Of a DNA stretch of 64,000 nucleotides, positions 62,136-64,000 are shown in pieces. Positions within the stretch are counted from its first letter, which is position 1. Each line of letters begins with the position of its first letter. Made by a program: the position numbers and the translations under genes. The stretch is from an uncultured Chloroflexia bacterium (GTDB taxonomy: Bacteria > Chloroflexota > Anaerolineae > Anaerolineales > UBA4823). The notes beneath the pieces are model-generated. The model was given only the letters and a program-made list of their open reading frames with translations, searched no databases and was not told the origin of the DNA. The stretch lies in assembly GCA_963793095.1 (NCBI GenBank), contig CAWBYY010000004.1, forward strand, positions 195,479-259,478, written 5' to 3'.

Positions 62136-62282
62136 AGGATCTGTCAGGAAATTCGCAAAATCCAAAACGCTTTCTGTAGAAAAAATCGACCAGATAGTCA
62201 ATATCCTGCAGAAATAAATAAATCCCTCCATATTTCAATAAAAAGACGGGATTTATTATAAATTTCTATTTTCTTACAGATA

Positions 62283-63352
62283 TTATCCGCCGAGAAATTC
62301 CTCAAGGGCTTCTTTGCTTATCCGGTATGCGTTTCCGATTTTTCTGGCTTTAAGGTCTCCAGCATCTATCGCCGCTATAACATCTTCTTCCGAAACTTTC
62401 AGATGGCTTGCTGCTTCAGCAGGGGTCATAACAGGTGGGAAACCACCAGCAGGGCCGCTGGATTGAGGATGGCTGCAGTCTGTTGTCCGCCTGCTGCTGC
62501 CGCCCCGGTCATGCCCTGTAAAGATTGGCTGATCACGCTCGCCCACGCCCATTCCAGCCCCGATTCCAGCGGTAAGCCCCGCTCCACCGCTCGGATTTTG
62601 GGCGGCATCCCTCATCGCATCCGCTGCCTGGAGCTGGGTATATGTTTGCATGTCCAACATACCCATCGCCCGTAGTTCCTCTGCAGATTTACTTGAGGGT
62701 TTCAGGTTTGAAATATAAAAGCTCTTTAATGTCAATCCGAGTGCAAGAAAATCGTCCTGGGATTTGGCGCGCACGCCTGCACCAAGTTCTTCGGTCAAGC
62801 CAATCAATCTCAGGCACATCATGTTCTGAGGCAGTCTCGCCAAGTAAATCTTGCAGTTTAGAGAGCAGCATCGATCGCAGCCGGCTTTCTATCTCATTCA
62901 TCCGGTACATCCCCCGCGATCCAACTACCTGGGTTGACAAATTGTTGCGGATCTTTTATCTGAAAGCTGTAAGTGCCAAAACCCTGCAGCAGCGCTACTC
63001 CTAATCCCATATTCGGATTGCGCACAATTATTGGCTGCGGGGTGCCCCACTTCCGGTCAACAAATTCTCGCATCGCAACAAAAAAACCTCAGCTGGGAAA
63101 GGGGATTTTTCATCAAACAGTCGCCCTAATAGGTCAATGAGTAATGGAATATTGCAGTAACAATTGTGTGTCGTCCTGGACCAAAAACATCCAAGTGCGT
63201 TGCCATCCCGGAAAAAGATTGCTGATTGCGATTCACGGACAATCACCTGTGAGCCAATTCTGAAAATTGCCAGGTCCGACTTCCGGAAACCGGTGGACGA
63301 TTTCATCCGCCATTTCATTTGGATATTCAACTACATCAAATACTCTTGCCAT
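62283..63352 (-). pseudogene. SPFH/band-7 (YdjI/COG4260-like) protein with a C-terminal excisionase-type HTH, broken by many frameshifts
   Basis: GGAGAG ribosome binding site before the ATG at 63352. Fragments read MARVFDVVEYPNEMADEIVHRFP / IGSQVIVRESQSAIFFRDG / DVFGPGRHTIVTANIPLL / KWGTPQPIIVRNPNMGLGVALLQGFGTYSFQIKDPQQF / ...MTPAEAASHLKVSEEDVIAAIDAGDLKARKIG, in alternating frames. Confidence 0.6.
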
Positions 63353-63939
63353 TTTTTCTCTCCTGCGTTTTCTCTTTACAACTTATATAATTGTTATCCT
63401 GGTTATAATCTAATGCTTCTCCACCAAGAATTGCTTCTTCCCGCCTATCGTAAACATCAATGCATTCCTGCGATACACTTCGCAGGTGACGAATAGAGGC
63501 CGGTAAGTCCATCGCTGCCAATTGATACTTCTACATTATCAACCGCCCGGCTTACTTCATCAACCAGATCCAGCATCTGGGAGTCGTACTTGTAGAGTAA
63601 ACCGAGTTCTTCCTCGTTTATCTTGACCGCATCAAAAAGTCCTGAATAACCTCTGGTCGCCCGCCTGATTCGGTCAGCAAACGTGCGAAGTTTTATGGCG
63701 GAGACTTCAAGATCATCCACATATGACAATTTCACCAGCGCTGATTAGATCTCGCTGTAATGATGATATTCGTTGATAAATTGCTGTTCAAAACGGTCAG
63801 CAATCATCTCTCGTCAGCAACTTGTCAGAATCACGCCGTTTTTGCCGTTCGATATAACCTCTGAACCGGGAATCTTTTCTACAATCTTTTTAAATGGATC
63901 TAGATCGGAGTCCACCTTACCATATACTTGATCACTCAT
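63336..63939 (-). pseudogene. Coiled-coil hypothetical protein upstream of the SPFH gene, broken by several frameshifts
   Basis: AGGAGATAGTG then ATG at 63939. Fragments read MSDQVYGKVDSDLDPFKKIVEKIPG / YIERQKRRDSDKLL / IADRFEQQFINE / DDLEVSAIKLRTFADRIRRATRGYSGLF... / ASIRHLRSVSQECIDVYDRREEAILG, across frames. Confidence 0.4.
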
Positions 63940-64000
63940 CACTATCTCCTGAAAATCTCCCTCAATTTATTTTTGATTATAGCATCAGTTTTTCATAATT

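Noticed and set aside
62283-62440. The excisionase-type HTH as evidence of a prophage or integrative element.
   Set aside because: No integrase, att-like repeats, or phage or transposase genes are found anywhere in the window. The nearest tRNA (60348-60429) has no duplicated 3' segment nearby that I could see.

Overview
This is a 64 kb chromosomal segment from a bacterium of moderate to low GC. It has no rRNA genes, CRISPR arrays, transposases or integrases. Gene content and the Thr/Pro-rich and Glu/Pro-rich linkers suggest a Chloroflexota (Anaerolineae-like) anaerobe, but that is inference only.

Gene order:
- hdrA-mvhD-mvhG-mvhA group-3c-type [NiFe] hydrogenase cluster with its maturation protease (1-5226).
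- Small accessory genes, then an ECF sigma factor with a putative anti-sigma partner.
- tmRNA (9375-9773).
- An alpha-oxoamine synthase, ligA, ctaA, a DUF72 protein and a glutaredoxin-like protein.
- A decayed response-regulator/phoU remnant next to a complete pst-phoU phosphate uptake locus that carries two different pstB genes (15268-21374).
- A six-gene cassette that is my best candidate for an undescribed system (21521-27044). It encodes a membrane Zn-ribbon protein and a DUF2207-like exported/membrane protein ending in GGCACACACACAGCACACAGGGR. These are followed by a radical SAM/SPASM enzyme with an N-terminal PqqD/RRE-like domain, a Cys-less pseudo-radical-SAM paralog, and a SAM methyltransferase.
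- A convergent SUF Fe-S assembly operon (Rieske, sufU, sufS, sufD, sufB, sufC), with a divergent SufR-like regulator and a DUF59 protein.
- Cell-wall enzymes (an amidase and an L,D-transpeptidase).
- A recJ / Cas4-like nuclease / UvrD-like helicase / AddB-like operon (39562-47200).
- azlCD plus two tandem non-pyrrolysine MttB-family methyltransferases.
- A five-gene peptide ABC transporter and amino-acid ABC transporter components.
- tRNA-Leu(GAG) and plsX.
- A heavily frameshifted SPFH-like two-gene module at the 3' end.

About 25-30 frameshifts interrupt otherwise well conserved genes. Most of the junctions I reconstructed base by base sit at short same-base runs, though a few do not. That pattern points to sequencing or assembly indels. 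However, the frameshifts are strongly clustered (8 in sufCBD, more than 8 in 62283-63939), which needs read-level checking.
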